In this document: one piece after another, positions 13,242 through 26,985 of the stretch
Numbering within the stretch: position 1 is the stretch's first letter
Layout of the letters: the number at the start of each line of letters is the position of its first letter
Assembly (NCBI GenBank): GCA_951406725.2
Contig: OX597828.1
Span: 50,468,001-50,532,000, forward strand
Length of the DNA: 64,000 nt
Origin: Octopus vulgaris
Lineage: Eukaryota
Reading direction: 5' to 3'
Notes under the pieces: model-generated
Databases searched by the model: none
What the model was told of the DNA's origin: nothing
Seen by the model: only the letters and a program-made list of their open reading frames with translations
Position numbers and translations under genes: made by a program

Positions 13242-13290
13242 TACACATATGTATGTATGTATGTATGTATGTATTTATATATATATATAT
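12870..13290. repeat. compound (TA)n/(TATG)n microsatellite
   Basis: Direct repeats. Confidence 0.95.
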
Positions 13291-14035
13291 AACAAAAACA
13301 AAATGCGACTAAACGAGGGAAAATTTGAGCTGAAGCATTTTGGAAGAAAGTCTATACTAAAACAGCCATACTCTCTTCCTTCAGGGGAACTACTCAGACC
13401 ATCTAATTGTATCAGAAACCTAGGAGTAATTGTTGATAACAATCTCAGCTACAATAAAGTCGGTATAGATCGTAGGATGAACTCTCGTATCCGCAGAACC
13501 TTCCGGTCCAGCAAACAAGGTGTTATCATTTCTCTCTTCTCCTCTTATGTACGGCCATAACATCGAATACTGCTGCTCCCTGTGGTCTTCGCATACAAAA
13601 CAAAACATTTCGAAAATTGAATCATCCCAGAGGTCATTCACTAAATGAATAAAGGGCATGACTGTTCTCGATTATTGGGACAGCCTTAAGGCATTGAAAT
13701 TCTATTCTGTGAGCGATGCACCATTTGCACGACGTGGAAAATACACCATCAGCATTGTCCAAACGACCTGATCATAAATTCCAAAATTCATCTAAGGCTA
13801 GGACTACCGGTCATACGTCCCCTACTCAGTTCAGGATCACAAAGCATATATACACTGCAACACAATTTCTTTTCCTCAACATTGTCCCGAAACAGACGGG
13901 AGAGGAACATGATCTCATCACTTTTATACGGAATCTGGACAAATTTCTTCAAGGGATACCAGATAAGCCAACTATACCTGGATACAATTCACTCAACAAA
14001 AACTCTCTTCTCGAATGGACCATGACACCTCAAAA

Positions 14036-14038
<3 letters not shown>
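13291..14038 (+). pseudogene. 5'-truncated CR1/L2-group LINE, ORF2 C-terminus
   Basis: MRLNEGKFE...[13 protein letters not shown]...SYVRP / IEYCCSLWS...IESSQRSFTK / LDKFLQGIPDKPTIPGY..NSL, with stops and frameshifts; (TA)n on both sides. Confidence 0.85.
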
Positions 14039-14075
<37 letters not shown>

Positions 14076-14123
14076 AAAAAAAGTCAAGATAGAAAATGCT
14101 AAAATAATTTTATAAAAACATTT

Positions 14124-14159
14124 CAGTACCGGTTTCCTTCATTGAGACTTTTTCAACTG
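14124..14159 (-). ncRNA. degenerate minimal hammerhead motif (U3-A8 core variant)
   Basis: cag-TTGAAAA-a-gtctcaatgaag-GAAA-ccgg-TA-ctg; palindromic stem III accggt; stem II poorly paired. Confidence 0.45.
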
Positions 14160-14491
14160 TAACAATTGACTAATTAAATTTAGAAAAATTAAAAGGAAAG
14201 TTTTTTTTAAAGAATATTTGTATAGTGTTCAAATACAAGTGGCATTTTCCTTGTTTCTGCCTGTCTCTGTCTCTCTTGTTAACTCTTGTGGGTTCGAGGT
14301 CGTTGTGAATTCTTGGTAGGGAAGAAGAAGAAGAAGAAGAAAAAGAAGAAGGTGGAGGAGGAGAAGGGGAATAATAATAATTATTATTTGGGAGTGCCAT
14401 GATAGTAGTATTTTGAATGGTCAGTGGATGGTAGCAGTCCCTGTTCAATTCACGAAAATATTTATTTTGAATGTATATATATACACATATA

Positions 14492-14525
<34 letters not shown>

Positions 14526-14926
14526 AATATACACTCACACACACAAATATATACTGACATATACAAACAACGAAAGAAATATACATAAAGACATACTTAT
14601 GCATATATGCAAATTTCTGGGTTACATACACACACACACACGCATTTGCACCATACACAACTCTACTCACATATTTACTCACACATATTTACGTACATAC
14701 ATCGACATATTATTTATAAGATAGTTAGTCTCTCAAATTACCAATATACAACAAAAAGGAAAGATAAAAAAATTGGAAAATAAAAGATTACCGTAAAGTT
14801 AAATGATTAAAAATTTAACGAGCCAACGTATATCTTGAAAAATAAACATTAGCGTATCCAACCTTACAGAAACTCAAAGGAAGATAGATACCATTATATG
14901 AAGATGGTTGTATGTATGTATCAACA

Positions 14927-15097
14927 GGCGCAGGAGTGGCTGTGTGGTAAGTAGCTTGCTAACCAACCACATGGTTCCGGGTTCAGTCCCACTGCGTGGC
15001 ATCTTGGGCAAGTGTCTTCTGCTATAGCCCCGGGTCGACCAATGTCTTGTGAGTGGATTTGGTAGACGGAAACTGAAAGAAGCCCGTCGTATATATG

Positions 15098-15156
<59 letters not shown>

Positions 15157-15368
15157 TTGTGTGTCTGTGTTTGTCTCCCTACCATTGCTTGACAACCGAT
15201 GCTGGTGTGTTTACGTCCCCGTCACTTAGCGGTTCGGCAAAAGAGACCGATAGAACAAGTACAGGGCTTACAAAGAATAAGTCCCGGGGTCGACTTGCTC
15301 GACTAAAGGCGGTGCTCCAGCATGGCCGCAGTCAAATGACTGAAACAAGTAAAAGAGTAAAAGAGTAA
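14927..15368 (+). mobile_element. SINE family A, full length
   Basis: Closely matches the copies at 59174 and 62742. Confidence 0.92.
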
Positions 15369-16054
15369 ATAAATAAAGTGCTCTATACCAAATGTATGTG
15401 GCGTATTGTTGATGGACCATAAGAGAACTCGGCACCAGCATATGAAGAGATATTAAGATCGTTTGAAGATTGAAGAAAAATAAGAATCGAAAGATATTCG
15501 GCGAAAAATTAGCAGTAAAACACATGGAAAGCTGATTTATCATTGCTCTCTCGCAAAGTTGCATGGTGTAGCTCGTAAGATGGAAAACAATATTTCTGCT
15601 GCAGAGAGGAAGAATGAAAGAGTTTGCAGAAATCGTCTGTCATCTTATTCTCTTTCTAAACATGGATTGACAAATCACTTGAAATTACAGGCGAGGCACA
15701 AAAACGTTTTAAAATTTCTAACTTGTGATCAAACCTGCCGATCAATGCCAGGTTTAACAATGCGTAATTGATGTGTCATTCACTAATATAAAATGTTCTG
15801 AGAATGAAGCTATAGATATTATGTAGTTATAGAACTGCGAGAGCTGCATTAAAGCCTCCGTGCGTGTCAGAAACAAGTCTTAAAAGCTGTCGTAGAGCTT
15901 CTGTCAGAGAGGAATTACATCATTAAAGGGGAAGACGGATGGAAAGCCAAGGATTGTGGGTCGACAGTCACCGTGTTTGTAATGTATGTGTATGTATGTA
16001 TGTATTTAAGTACATATCTATTTACATACATAAATAGATATTTGCATATATATA

Positions 16055-16266
16055 TATTTCTTTACTACCCACAAGGGACTAAACACAGAGGGGACAAACA
16101 AGGACAGACAAACGGATTAAGTCGATTACATCGACCCCAGTGCGTAACTGGTACTTAATTTATCAAAGTCGACCTCGGCGGAATTCGAACTCAGAACGTA
16201 GCGGCAGACGAAATATCGCTAAGCATTTCGCTCGACGTGGTAACGTTTCTGCCAGCTCGCCGCCTT
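16055..16266 (-). mobile_element. SINE family B, young type, with an internal deletion
   Basis: ggcggcgagctggcagaaacgtt head and tgtgggtagtaaagaaa tail. Confidence 0.85.
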
Positions 16267-16828
16267 CATATTTGCATATATATATATGTGCGTATATGTG
16301 TATGTGTGCCTGAGTGCACAGGTAAGTAAGTATTAGAATTACTCTGTCCAAGTGATTAACACATGACCGTGTTTTCTAACGTCGCTCTAAGACATAATTG
16401 TACAACACATGTTTTTATGACGCTGAGTAGGAGAGTTAGTTTCTTCTCTCACGCCAAATGTGTCACTGGGTGTGAAAGCTAATCTCTTATTTGACTCCAA
16501 TTACATTGTAGGTCAGAAGAATTCGTGTCTTCGTCGACGCTAATTCAAGAATAAAGAACAAATGTCACCGACTGACCTATCACGTCTGTTATTTCTTTAG
16601 ACCAGTGACTCTCAGGCTCTTTTTTGTCATTTCCTTTCTTTCACTTAATCTATTCCAATGCTTTCTTCAGCAGAATTCAATGCACTACTTGACCGTATTC
16701 ATATATATATGCTAACAAAACTTCGGGCGTTACCTTATGCTGCAAATGCTATCACCATCTTTATTGCTAATGTCTTTTAAATTATATAGTGTCTATAATT
16801 TACACTTATAGCTTTATTTTCAATTTTA

Positions 16829-17340
16829 TAGGCACAGGTATAGCTGTTTGGTTCAGAAACTCGCCTTGCAGCCACGTGATTGCGAGATCGGATTCACTGA
16901 GGGGGTACCTTGGGCAAGTGTCTTCTTCTATAGCCTTGGGCTGAGCAATGCTTTGTGAGGAAATTTGGTAGATAGAATCTGGTAGAAAGAAGACCATGTA
17001 TATAAATATCTTTTATCTTTTACTGGTTTTAGTCATTTGACTGCGGCCCTGCAGGGGCACTACCTTGAAATTTTTAGTCGAATATATCGAACGCAGTATT
17101 TGTGTTTTTAAAGCCTGATACTTACACTATCTTACTCTTTTGCTGAACCGCTAAGTTACGGGGACGTAAACAAACTAGCTTCGGTTCTCAAACGGTGGTG
17201 ACGCAAAAACAAAGACACACACACACACACACACGTACATATATACGACGAGCTTCTTTCAGTTTCCGTCTACCAAATCCACTCACAAAGTTTTGGTCGG
17301 CTTTGTGGTTGGAAACCAATTTTTTACCACACAGCTACAT
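16829..17340. mobile_element. two diverged SINE A copies in opposite orientation
   Basis: Plus-strand head half at 16829-17000; minus-strand copy at 17010-17340. Confidence 0.7.
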
Positions 17341-17358
17341 GCATATATATATATATGC

Positions 17359-17472
<114 letters not shown>

Positions 17473-17492
17473 GCATACATACATATATATAT

Positions 17493-17691
17493 GAAAGACC
17501 GTTAGCTCCTACACGCAATTTTTTCTCTCCTTGTTTCTCTCCTTGTTTCTTTTCTGTGTATCTTTCTGTCGAAGAGCGTAGGCTCGAAACGTAAAAGACT
17601 TGTTCTATTTCTATTCCTGAGCGTTATACTAATACGTTTGTTTGTACTCCACCTGCCTTCGTCTTTTGTTTATTTTCGTAAACCTTCCCGT
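17493..17691 (+). mobile_element. TA-embedded pLTR-like element with a hammerhead variant at 17561-17598
   Basis: tcttt-CTGTCGA-a-gagc-gtag-gctc-GAAA-cg-TA-aaaga; related copies at 30530 and 58225. Confidence 0.7.
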
Positions 17692-17711
17692 TATATATAT
17701 ATATGTATGTA

Positions 17712-17755
<44 letters not shown>

Positions 17756-17834
17756 CGGTATATATATATATATATATATATATACATACGCACACATGTT
17801 TATCTATATCTATATCTATCTATCTATCTATTAA

Positions 17835-17879
<45 letters not shown>

Positions 17880-17880
17880 T

Positions 17881-17911
<31 letters not shown>

Positions 17912-17954
17912 GTATGCATATATCTATGTTTGAATGTGTGTACGTGTGAGAAAT

Positions 17955-18140
17955 TACGCTTGACAACCGATGTTAGCTTGTTTACGTCTCCGTATTCTAG
18001 CCGTTTGTTAAAAGAAACCGATAGAGTTGGTACCAGACTTAAGAATCAAAAACTTCTGAGGTTGATTTGTTCGACCAAGCCGTTGACGGTGGTGCCAAGG
18101 TATGGCCGCAGTCCAGTGATTAAACAAGTAAAAGATAAAT
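17955..18140 (+). mobile_element. SINE A 3' half, diverged
   Basis: cgcttgacaaccgatg...atggccgcagtc. Confidence 0.75.
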
Positions 18141-18279
18141 GCCAACTGTAATATATCAGATAGTGTTTATATACTTATTGACATTTTGCAGTTGCATCTT
18201 ATTATTGTAGATGTTGATATTATTGTCATTGTTGCTGTGATAATATTTCGGTTAACTTTTCTTTAAAGTTAATAGGGGG

Positions 18280-18659
18280 AAGCACTCCGTCGGTTACGAC
18301 GACGAGGGTTCCGGTTGATCCGATCAACGGAACAGCCTGCTCGTGAAATTAACGTGTAAGTGGCTGAGCACTCCACAGACACGTGTACCCTTAACGTAAT
18401 TCTCGGGGATATTCAGCGTGACACAGAGAGTGTAAAAGCCGGCCCTTTGAAATAGAGGTACAACAGAAACAGGAAGTAAGAGTGAGAGAAAGTTGTGGTG
18501 AAAGAGTACAGCAGGGAACACCACCATCCCTGCCGGAGCCTCGTAGAGCTTTAGGTGTTTTCGCTCAATAAACACTCACAACGCCCGGTCTGGGAATCGA
18601 AACTGCGATCTTACGACCGCGAGTCCGCTGCCCTAACCACTGGGCCATTGCGCCTCCAC
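18280..18659 (-). mobile_element. SINE family C, full length
   Basis: tRNA-like head ggcgcaatggcccagtggttagggc...ggtttcgattccc; matches the copy at 60758. Confidence 0.9.
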
Positions 18660-18974
18660 TGATAAGCACTACTTTAGAATGAAAAACTAAAGGAAGAATT
18701 TGTTAGTTGAAGCTGGAAGCCCTAAAGCTGCTGGTTGATAATAAAGAACAGAAATAATGGAAGACTGAAAGGGACGAAGAGGGGTGTGAGTGGTAAAGTG
18801 AAGTCGAAAGGGGTGCAGGAAGAGGAGAGAGTAAAAGGAGGTTGACGAATTTAACATGTGGAAAATATCAGACTGACAGGGAAATCGAAGATCGAACGGA
18901 AAAGCTGAACGTTCACAAAATGGAGGGGTACAATAATCATAGGTGATTAGCGGGAAGTGATAGAGAGAAAAAAA

Positions 18975-18978
18975 TATA

Positions 18979-19064
<86 letters not shown>

Positions 19065-19073
19065 AAGAGAGAA

Positions 19074-19127
<54 letters not shown>

Positions 19128-19284
19128 TGAAAGAGAGAAAGAGAGGGAGATAGAGAGAAAGAGAGAGAGGGTGAAAGAGAGAAAGAGAGAGAGAGAGAAG
19201 AGAGAGAGGGTGAAATAGAGAAAGAGAGAGAGAGAGAGAAAGAGAGGGCGAGAGAGAGAAATAATGAGAGGGTGAAAGAGAGAA

Positions 19285-19316
<32 letters not shown>
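18975..19316. repeat. (GA)n-rich tract
   Basis: Direct repeat. Confidence 0.95.
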
Positions 19317-19317
<1 letters not shown>

Positions 19318-19835
19318 TTGACAGACAGGAAGATACACACATCTATTGCAGGTAAAAATCGATAAGGACATTAAAAGATAATGTTAGTCTTGTTACTGAT
19401 GATGACGATTACAATTATGATGATGATGATAACTTTAAGTTTTGTAATAATTTCAGTGAACATTTTTTATATCGAAAAATGGTCGATATCAGGCGTTTAC
19501 ACAAGAAATATGACACTAATTAGAAAACGACTGTCATAAAGTATATATGCACACATACACCCCACCACACACAGCAATACACGCCAACACTCGCACACAC
19601 AAGCACACGCACACATACACACACGCATATAGGTATATGATACTGCGAATGGACGCGGTGAATAGTTTAGAGTAGTTTTATGGCAATCATTTTATCCCAA
19701 TCCACCTGATGAATGAAATCACACCGAATGCTTATGCTTTATTTTCCAGTTTTCGAATTTTCGGCACAAATCAAAATAATAAAATATAAATCAATTTAAA
19801 AAAAATTTTTTCTTCGCACATAAATTTGGTTCCAT

Positions 19836-20205
19836 TTACTCTCTCTCCTTTACTATTTTACTTGTTTCAGTCATTTGACTGCAGCCATGCTGGAGCACCA
19901 CCTTTAGTCGAGCAAATCGACGACAGGACTTATTCGTTGTAAGCCTAGTACTTATTCTATCGGTCTCTTTTGCGGAACCGCTAAGTGACGGGGACATAAA
20001 AACACACCAGCATCGGTTGTCAAGCAATGCTAGGTGGACAAACGCAGACACACACACACACACACACACACATACATATATATATGTCTTTCAGTTTCCG
20101 TCTACCAAATCCACTCACAAGGCTTTGGTCGGCCCGAGGATATAGTAGACACTTACCCAAGGTGCCACGCAGTGGGACTGAACCCGGAACCATGTGGTTG
20201 GTAAG
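19836..20205 (-). mobile_element. SINE family A
   Basis: Reverse complement of family A. Confidence 0.88.
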
Positions 20206-21180
20206 AACAACATATCTCTTCAGTGCTAGAAAATACTACAGCCTTCAACAGCTGCTAATACTATGCAAGGTTCAAGTGAGGGCCCCATAAGAAACATCTG
20301 TAACTTAAACGCACCCATTGAAAGCAAAGGAGGCACTGGGTCCTCAAATCATCACATGGCACTAATCGCTGAGAGCGTGTCGTGCCGTCGGGTACCGAAC
20401 ACCTAGAGATACACAAACAAAAGAACACGGGTATGTTTGCAGATCTCTACGGTACGACAGCATACGACTAAGCAACGTGCTGGGGACGGAGTTCAGGGGA
20501 GGGTCATAGAGTCACTAAGAACAATGACACACATACACATGTACACACACAGACACTCACATACACACACACGCACACGAAGACATACACCCACACGCAC
20601 ACACACACCAACACAGGTGCGTGCACATATAAGGATACACATCACAGAAGAGAATAAAGGCAGACACGAAGACAAAAAGTGGCTCCGAGGAGGTCACAGA
20701 TGTGTGACAAAAGATTGGAGCAACTGTACACACATGTGACATCTTTTAAGGATGGAAAAATGTGAGCCTAATGACCTAACGAATATTTTCCTTTTTCTTT
20801 TCCTTTTTTCCTTTTTTATTTCTATCAATCTTCGACCTCCTATTAATATTCCACTAGTAAAGTTCAAATCATTCTGATGATGTTTCTTACTTGGGACGGG
20901 ATAAACGCAAGTTTACCTCAAAAATAACAAACTGAAACAGCTGTAAATGTTATCTTAACCATAATTAAACTATGATCATTCAATACTATTGATCAACTTC
21001 TAATTGTTACATTCTGTTCCATTTCTTCACTTATCTTATCTGAATATATTAAACCACGGTTTACCCTTCAAATTACCAACTACTGTTGACCTTATAGCAA
21101 GGCCTATACATAGTGAGGTAATACACCAGTTGTGCCGACGGATATATTTATCCCTTAGACTGTTGCATAACCTCTAACTC

Positions 21181-21211
<31 letters not shown>

Positions 21212-21387
21212 ACTATCCCTGATGTTTCATGAGTGTAGCCTCACCCCCTTAGATGTTTTGGAGAACTCAGATGTGTTTTTGGCTGATGAGTACGTGTCAC
21301 TTGTATTTGCTGCAATATTTGCAGCCTTAATAAAGCTGGTCTTCGTATGAAACAATTGTACCGCAACCATTTTTGTTGCTTTTTTCT

Positions 21388-21390
<3 letters not shown>
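21212..21390 (+). mobile_element. TA-embedded pLTR-like element with a hammerhead ribozyme
   Basis: (TA)n on both sides; contains the hammerhead at 21280-21363. Confidence 0.65.
21280..21363 (+). ncRNA. type-I hammerhead ribozyme with extended stem II
   Basis: tgg-CTGATGA-gtacg...(gctgcaa tat ttgcagc)...cgtat-GAAA-caattg-TA-ccg; palindromic stem III acaattgt; GUA site ending at 21360. Confidence 0.7.
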
Positions 21391-21425
<35 letters not shown>

Positions 21426-21710
21426 CGCATATTATTATTATTATATATATATGTGTGTGTGTGTTTACGAATATATGTGTATATCTTTTCAAATTTTTCC
21501 ATCCATCCATCCATCCCTCTACCCAACCATTAGTCAATCATTCTATCTATCTATCTGCCTGCTTGTCTGTCTGCCTGTTTGATTGTCTGTATGTCTATTA
21601 ATATACAGGTATTTGTCTCTAGGTATGTCTGTCCAACTAAACTTAATCATTAACCGATCTCTTTAACACTCCCATTTTCTGTTTAGACACATAAACACAG
21701 ACACACCGTT

Positions 21711-21772
<62 letters not shown>

Positions 21773-22223
21773 ACCGTTACACACACACGCACACACAGAC
21801 ACACACACACACACATCACACACACACACGCAGCAGGCTACACATCACCGTCTGTTTCAACGATAAAGAGATAGAGAGAAGTCAAGTGAATCTAGACGTA
21901 GAAGTGAATATTTTAATTTCGCAACTGTTCCCTCAATGTCGTCTGTCTGCGCAGCTTCATTGTTAAGTTTTGTATAATTAAAGAAATTTGTGAGAAGAGG
22001 AAACGGAAAGAAAATTGGTAACATTGATTTTAGATTTGGGAAATAATAATTAAGAATATTTAATGAAAACATACTAAGCAACTATTGCTAAGTAGACACT
22101 GTCACAGAGTTGCACGCTTACACAGACACACGTATACATAAATGTACATACATCCATGCATGCAAGCCAGCACGCATATGTGTATGTGTGTCTGTGTATA
22201 TATATACATATATACATATGTGC

Positions 22224-22286
<63 letters not shown>

Positions 22287-22659
22287 CATACATATATATC
22301 AGCCGAAATTGCTAGGATGATCCGGTTCTTGACTGAAGATTGAAGGCTTCGAATGTCCTGTCCGTGTTTTTTGTATCGTCTTCTAAATGTTTTACGTTCT
22401 TGTCCCAGTTTGTATTTTTCTACATATAAAATATATATATATACATACATATATATATATATATACACGCACACAAACACACACTACACACACATGCGCA
22501 CACGACCGTATTAGAGATCTTAAATTATGATGTATACACACACAAATACACACACACACATTCTTTATTCTTTCATTCTCTAACTTGAGTCATTTCACTG
22601 CCTTGAAGGGTTTTTAGTCGAACATTTCGACCCTAGAACTTATTCTATCTGTCTCTTCT

Positions 22660-22812
22660 ATCGACCCCAGTGTTTCACAGGTACTTAATTTATCGACTCC
22701 GAAAAGGATGGAAAGCAAAGTCAACCTCAGTGGAATATGAACTCAGAACGTAGCGATTGACGAAATGGCGCTAAGCATTTTGCCCGGCGTGCAAACGATT
22801 TTGCCAAGAACA
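22660..22812 (-). mobile_element. SINE family B fragment
   Basis: Family B head and core. Confidence 0.75.
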
Positions 22813-22938
22813 CTAAATTATAGTCAAGGAAGCATACCCGTGGACCACCACTGTGTACGTACAAAGATGTTGTGAACCCCAGTCCATTTGTATTATTACG
22901 TATACATATACATACATACATATACATTTACATACATA

Positions 22939-23335
22939 GGCGCAGGAGTTGCTTACCGACCACATGGTTTCGGGTTCATTCCCCACTGCGTGGCACCTTG
23001 GGTAAGTGTCTTTTACTATAGCCTCGGGCCGACCAAAGTCTTGTGAGTGGATTTGGTAGACGGAAACTGAAAGAAGCCCCTCGTATATATGTATATGCAT
23101 ATATATATATGTGTGTGTGTTTGTGTGTCTGTGTTTGTCCTCCAATATCGCTTGACAACCGATGATGGTATGTTTACGGCCCCGTTTATTAGCGGTTCGG
23201 CAAAAGATACCAATAGAATAAGTACTAGGCTTCCAAAGAATAAGTCCTGGGGTCGATTTACATATGTTTCAGCTCGACCAAAGGCGGTGCTCCAGCATGG
23301 CCGCAGTCAAATGACTGAAACGCGTAAATAAATGA
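22939..23335 (+). mobile_element. SINE family A
   Basis: Family A match with a small deletion in the head. Confidence 0.88.
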
Positions 23336-23468
23336 GTATACATATACATATATATGCATGTATGTTGTGTGTGTGTGCGTGCGTGTATATGCGTGTGTAT
23401 GTATGTATATATACACCAGAATGTGAATACATGCATACAATACACACATGCACATATATAAATACATA

Positions 23469-23684
23469 AAGGGTGCGGCAGAAAGGTTGCCCCAAAAAAG
23501 AAACACTGGAAGATATATGAAAAAACTTTGTATTTCTCTAAAGTTCATTAAATGTCAATTTTTGTCTGTTTCAGGTAGTGCGCACCATGGCCTAGAGTGG
23601 AGAGCATGGTTTTTTCCTTGTATCTTCATGTGTTTGCTTTTTTATTAACCTTTGAAATCGAGACAACTTTTCTGCCGCATCCTG
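23469..23684. mobile_element. Tc1/mariner-type MITE
   Basis: TIRs agggtgcggcagaaaggttg / caacttttctgccgcatcctg, flanked by TA. Confidence 0.75.
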
Positions 23685-24120
23685 TATATACATACATAGT
23701 TACATACATATATACATATTTCTATACATGTCACCATGCCAACGAAGACAAACACAATGCACTTATACAGACGGACAAAATTATTGCAGTGAGTTCCATA
23801 GATTTACAAAATTCAATTAAAAATAATTACAAGCAGATAGGATATAAAAAAACATTAAAAAATAAATGACAGAATTAATAAATATAGAATTAATTTGACT
23901 AGACATAAGGTCGGTGCTGGAGTGAAATATGTTGACTAAATCAATTTAATCGATCGGAGAAAATTGGCGAAAATTAGTGAAAACTATGTGACCGTGAGGA
24001 AAGCTAACATTCATTGTGGCAACACTTTGAAGTTAACAGTGATGTGGTGGGAAAAATACTTAGAAGAAATCATGTAAAATGCAGTTTTTATCTTCTATAG
24101 CTCTCAACTAATTCTTCTAA

Positions 24121-24345
24121 TTCTTCTTCGTCGTCGTCTTTTTCTTTTCTTCTTCTTCTTCTTCTTCTTCTTCTTCTTCTTCTTCTTCTTCTTCTTCTTC
24201 GTCGTCTTCTTCTTTTCTTCTTCTTCTTCTTCTTCTTCGTCTTCTTCTTCTTCTTCTTCTTCTTTGTCTTCTTCTTCTTCTTCTTCTTCTTCTTCTTCTT
24301 CTTCTTCTTCTTCTTCTTCTTCTTCTTCTTCTTCTTCTTCTTCTC
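24121..24345. repeat. (TTC)n microsatellite
   Basis: Direct repeat. Confidence 0.98.
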
Positions 24346-24455
24346 ACTTCGTCATTCTTTTTTGTTTGTCTCTCTTTTTCTCTCTCTCTTTCTTTATTTC
24401 TTCATCCTTCGTCTCGTCCCCCATCACCTTCTCTTGTTGCTACAACAACAACAAT

Positions 24456-24497
<42 letters not shown>

Positions 24498-24697
24498 ACC
24501 ACCACCACCACTATAGTGACGCTACTTCAGTTGTCATTCTCCACATTCTTGTTAAATTTAGGGTCATAAAAAGACCCTTAAAAAGTTCGAACCAGAAGGA
24601 ACCATCGCATCTACCAATATTAGTAACCTTTCGTACCAACATTTTCCAGTCCCCAGAAATTGGAACCTGTGCCAAATCTGAATAAGTTTCTTATGCA

Positions 24698-25045
24698 AGG
24701 TGCAGGTGTGGCTGAGGTAAGAAGTTTGTTTCCCAACCACATAGTTCCAGGTTCAGTCCCACTGCATGGCACCTCGGCCAAGTGTCTTCTGCGATAGTTT
24801 CGGGCCGACCAAAGCCTTGTGAGTGGGTTTGCTAGATGTGTATGCGCGCCTTTGTGCCTGCGTCTTTCCTCCCACCACCCTTTGACGGCTGGTGTTGGTG
24901 TGTTTATGTTCCCGTAAATTAGTGGTTCGGCAAAAGATACCGATAGAATAAGTACTAGACTCGATTCATTCGACTGAAGATTCTTCAAGGTGGTGCCCCA
25001 GCATGGCCACAGTCTAATGCCAAACAAGTAAAAAGTAAAAGATAA
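24698..25045 (+). mobile_element. SINE family A, older subtype
   Basis: Diverged family A match. Confidence 0.8.
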
Positions 25046-25259
25046 ATACGTAAAAGTATAGAAACCCGTCGCTTTCCTAGAGAAGAAGAGAAGGTCATAG
25101 TTGGAACGTATTTGACAACATGTCTGTTCATGAGAATCAATAACGATAACAACACAACAGCTACAACTACAACAACAACAACAACAACAACAACAATAGC
25201 AGCAACAACAGCAATAAGAGAATGTAGATCATAATCAACAGCAACATAACAAAACAACA

Positions 25260-25770
25260 GCAATGGCCCAGTGGTTAGGGCAGCGGACTCGCGGTCGTTA
25301 GAACGCAGTTTCGATTCCCAGGCCGGGCATTGTGAGTGTTTATTGAGCAAAAACACCTAAGCTCCACGAGACTGCGGCGGGGGATGGGGTGGTGAACCCC
25401 GCTGTACTCTTTCACCACAACTTTCTCTCACTCTTTCTTCCTACTTCTGCCACAAAGCAGAGGAACCATGGTGTAAGAAACTTTCAGACCCTAGGCTAGA
25501 TTGCGAATCCTCTTTCCTCCAGGATGGTTCAGCTCTCCACCCGTTAAAAGCCACCATTTACGGAATGAGGATAACAGCGTAGCTTTCGCGCCCGTGCAAC
25601 CGCCTGTCTATCGCGTGTGGTGGGTGGATCTTCAAGATGCCACACGCATTCTTAGTAGCTTCGAGTAGACTCGAATTAGAGATTATTCTTTGTGGCTAAT
25701 GGCGTGAAGCCTGATTGGAAGAAGAAGAAGAAGAAGAAGAAGAAGAAGAAGAAGAAGAAGAAGAAGAAGA
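25260..25770 (+). mobile_element. SINE family C head with a distinct tail ending in (AAG)n
   Basis: Family C head at 25260-25445, then a unique GC-rich body and (AAG)n. Confidence 0.75.
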
Positions 25771-26618
25771 CAACAACAGCAGCAATGACAGTAGCGTCAA
25801 CATCAAACGCAAGATGTACTAAAGCAACAATATCTAAAACATCAACAATGCCAAGCTTCACATTTTATTGCAAGTATGTACCACTTCTGAAAGACCATTG
25901 CCAATAAAGACACGAGACGTAGTTACATTAAATAACAGCAAGACACGGACACATATCAAAGCGACACAACAAGAACAACAACAACGCTAGCAGCTGTAGC
26001 AGCAGCAGCAGCAGCACCAACAATATCACTATGGTTTCCTAACTTATAAATAACATTAAAACTTTTAAACTTTCATAGCGTTTTTAAATATTAGCTTTTA
26101 CAATCTCTGACCACGATTGTATGACAACTAAGAATCTATAACGTTGCTAAGATGACATCAGAAACGCTAGAATTTTCTTCAGAGTTATCGAATACTTCAG
26201 TTCCGAACAGTTCTTAATGATGGATTCTACAGCTGTCACATTCACAACCATTGTCTAACTAGATTAACCGAAAACACTACAATAATTTTTGACTCATTCT
26301 ATCAACCTTCATTCAATTCTTTTGTTGCTGCTTTTACAATCTAGTGTTCTCTCTTCCCGATTAAATCCGCTTCCGTTATAACTACAGTTTCTCACCACGT
26401 TTACATAGTTTTATACTAAACACTAGATTATCCGGAACTACTGGACACATCAGCTGAAATAAGTTAAGTAGAAAAGATTCAACTACATTAGTATGTCTGC
26501 AAAAGTCAGTCATGGCTATGCTATAATTCTTTAAAACAATGCAGCTAATAATATTTTGTAGCAAACACACTATTAATGCAAGTTAGGAATATATTTACAT
26601 TCTTTCTACTCATAAGAT

Positions 26619-26985
26619 AGGCGTAAGAGTGGCTGTGTGGTAAGTAGCTTGCTTACCAACCATATGATTCCGGGTTCAGTCTTACTACTGCGTGGCACCT
26701 TGGGCAAGTGTCTTCTACTATAGCCTCGGGCCGTCTGAACTCTTGTGAGTGAATTTGGTAGACGGAAACTGAAAAAAGCCTGTCGTATATATGTATATGT
26801 ATTTGTGTCTATATGTCTGTGTTTGTTCCCCCCCTCAAACATCGCTTGACTACCGATGCTGATGTGTTTACGTCCCCGTAACTTAGCGGTTCGGCAAAAG
26901 AAACCGATAGAATAAGTACTAGGCTTACAAAGAATAAGTCCTGGGGTCGATTTGCTCGATTAAAGGTGGTGCTCCGGCATGGTCA
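26619..26985 (+). mobile_element. SINE family A
   Basis: Family A match. Confidence 0.88.

Noticed and set aside
14874-15185. Recurrent peptide [27 protein letters not shown] in many ORFs
   Set aside because: Antisense translation of SINE family A, not a gene family
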